Assembly (NCBI GenBank): GCA_043228905.1
Contig: JBHGNT010000711.1
Span: 1-17,025, forward strand
Length of the DNA stretch: 17,025 nt
Direction: 5' to 3'
Source: Azolla caroliniana
Taxonomy: Eukaryota > Plantae > Polypodiophyta
Below the pieces are notes generated by a model, which saw nothing but the letters and a program-made list of their open reading frames with translations, searched no databases and had not been told where the DNA came from. Of the stretch, positions 14,721 to 17,025 are shown piece after piece. The position numbers and the translations under genes are program-made. How positions within the stretch are numbered: position 1 is the stretch's first letter; each line of letters opens with the position of its first letter.

Positions 14721-17025
14721 GAGCGTTTACGTTGAGCAGCCTTTGTGCCAAAGGCTGATTTTGAAGCTCTGAGCTGTTACTCCAACGATTTATTGATTGG
14801 TTGATTGATACATTTGAAGACGTGTAATCCAATTGCAAGAGCTCTTCATTTATCATCTAATCAGATTCTCCTTTGTTATCTACAAATTGACGAGGCTGAT
14901 CCAGGAGTATTGAACAATGTTGTACCTTGATGTCTAGTTTACTCATGGAAGTGAAAACGAGTAATTACTTCTTGTTTGGAATATTTCAGATTTTGTCAAG
15001 CGTTTCCATGAAGGCTATGTTTCATGGCTGTTCGCCTCTCAATGTTGTTACATTACTATGAAGTGTCATTATTATGGGCCTTCCAGCTGTGGGTTTTTAA
15101 TACATTCAGCTGTTGCAATTGAACTATCTATGTATAGTTTTAAAACATGAAGCAATTTGTTTCAATAACTTGGAAATAGTTCAATGATGTTTGGAGGTGG
15201 CCTGAGAAATCATGTTTCGCGCAGAAGATGCCCATGGCGTTAGGACTTTGATAGTATTTGGTTTCATACTTATTGTTTGTGTTTAGTTTCTTTTATGCAT
15301 TCAAGGATTATACATGTAACTGCACATATGTTTTGCTTACTGTTTGTTCTCATGGTTGTGTGTATGGGTACAATCCTATTCACTTGTTTTTGTTGGAATG
15401 TTGTCCCTATCAGAGAATGGCTATCAAGGGTGTCAATAATTTTGATTAGTTAATGTTTCTCTTCTCATTGCTTATTAAAGCTGGCTAGAAAATACGTTCA
15501 CATGAATAGTCAATGTGAGGAAATCAATAGTCCTCTCATAGTTTCCCTCTCTTATTCATATTATGCAATGAAGTTGATTGTCGTAGTGAATAGTCTTGCA
15601 AACAATGGCATTTGTTTCCTTATTCGTTGGTGATATAACTGTATTTTGATTTGAAATGGAGTCTTGGTAGATTTCTATGCAATCAACTACCCAAATGTGG
15701 GAAGACTTTGTGCTATTGTGTAGTGATTGTCCTTTTCAGAGGTTTAGGTTAGGTTTGATGGTCTGCTAGCACTTTTATATATAATGATATATGTATAACT
15801 TTTTGAAGCTAATGGAGTAGAGAAGCTCGAGCCTACTTCATAATTTGGTTAAAGAGTAAATATCGTAATTGAAAATTACAGTTAGTTACCTTGGATGGCC
15901 ATGTTTCAATCTAATACATCCCTTCTTCTATAATTATACAATTTGTCATCCATATTGAAGAAGAAGTGCTTTCTAATTGCTTTCCCTAGACACATCATGT
16001 GGTTCTATTTTCTAAACATAAAGGTTTTATTATTTTATAAAATACTATTGATAGTATTTATCAATCTAAGGATGCATGTTGTTGGGAATGGGGGAGGGCT
16101 ACTTTTTTAGCCATCAACAATCCTTTTTATGGAGCCCTCGGTGGTTACGAATATGTCTTCTTGCACATATTTAAATAGTTGCATGAGAATTTGGGGGTTT
16201 TAGCACATACATGCAACGTAGTTTTTGAGCTACAATCAAATTAAAAGTACATATATGTATTATTAACTAGTCCTAATGTGGGCCAAGCTTTATATTTGTT
16301 GCAATTATTTGTCTTTGTAGGCAATACATAACTAAAAAATAACAACAAAGTTATTACCTAAATTGTTTGTTGTATGTCTTTCCCAGCTTGGGACTATTGC
16401 AAATGTAGAGCATGTCATTTATATCCCAATCACACAAACCATCTTGAGCATTTATGCACATGGGTATGCTAGTAAATCATTGGTTTGTGCTCCATATATT
16501 AATGGGCTTAAGGATGGCTTAGATGACATTTAACCTTTTCAATTGTTATTGGTGCCAAGGATGAGATATTTGAATTGGATCTCAAGTTGAATTATGTTCT
16601 CGTTGTTGGAAAAACCACCAAAAAATAGCTTTTATGGCTAGCTCATATGTTTGTTGTTCTAGGGGCACTTCAAGTTATTTTTAAAGAACTACTAAAAGAG
16701 TAAACATCATGCATGATATGAGAATTAGGGAGTGGCGGAGATGAAAATTGTTGAGGGCTAAGGTAAATGATTCATCATAGTTTACACATTTTTGCTACTC
16801 ATTACCAATATGTCGAATTAAAAAAGCATATATAGGAACATGAGGGTTGGTGTTATTCAACTAGTAAAGCAAAATAGTAGTGGTAAAAAAAGTATTGGCA
16901 ATGTAGACCAAACATGTAGCCCATGCTTTTGCGAAGCCAACATATCCACTACCTACCTATAAAAATTATTCATTTTTTTGTTTTCGTTGAGACCCCATGA
17001 GAGGAAAACTAATGGTCCATGGAAT

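Noticed and set aside
10743-15206. RTGATGA C-box-like words (~10743, ~11374, ~12923, and an imperfect one at ~15184) as possible C/D snoRNAs
   Set aside because: No properly spaced CTGA D-box with a terminal stem or rRNA-complementary guide was found.
14721-17025. Downstream region including ORF 15258..15449
   Set aside because: AT-rich 3'UTR/intergenic sequence with no supportable coding, RNA or repeat feature seen by eye.

Overview
Eukaryotic, intron-rich land-plant DNA (bryophyte/moss-like by inference). Bases 1-~4197 hold the 5' half of a GC-rich Ty3/gypsy LTR retrotransposon on the minus strand: 5' LTR (3433-~4197), tRNA-Trp primer-binding site (3412-3429), a gag-protease ORF (3389-1263) and an uninterrupted pol/RT frame (1278 to the window edge). 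The two ORFs are joined by a candidate -1 ribosomal frameshift cassette (G_GAU_UUU_UAG plus a predicted pseudoknot). Two host genes follow on the + strand. One is a 7-exon bromodomain gene (5603-10506, ~538 aa, AT1G58025/BRD5-like) preceded by a 28-bp minisatellite. The other is a 3-exon class II J-protein/Hsp40 gene (11841-14720, 343 aa) whose promoter has an 11-bp-phased ABRE/G-box array and a perfect heat-shock element. In three introns, tandem repeats copy the neighbouring splice junction; in the DnaJ gene this creates three in-frame alternative 3' splice sites. No feature could be supported in 14720-17025. All splice models and RNA structures were derived by eye, and family names come from memory, not database searches.
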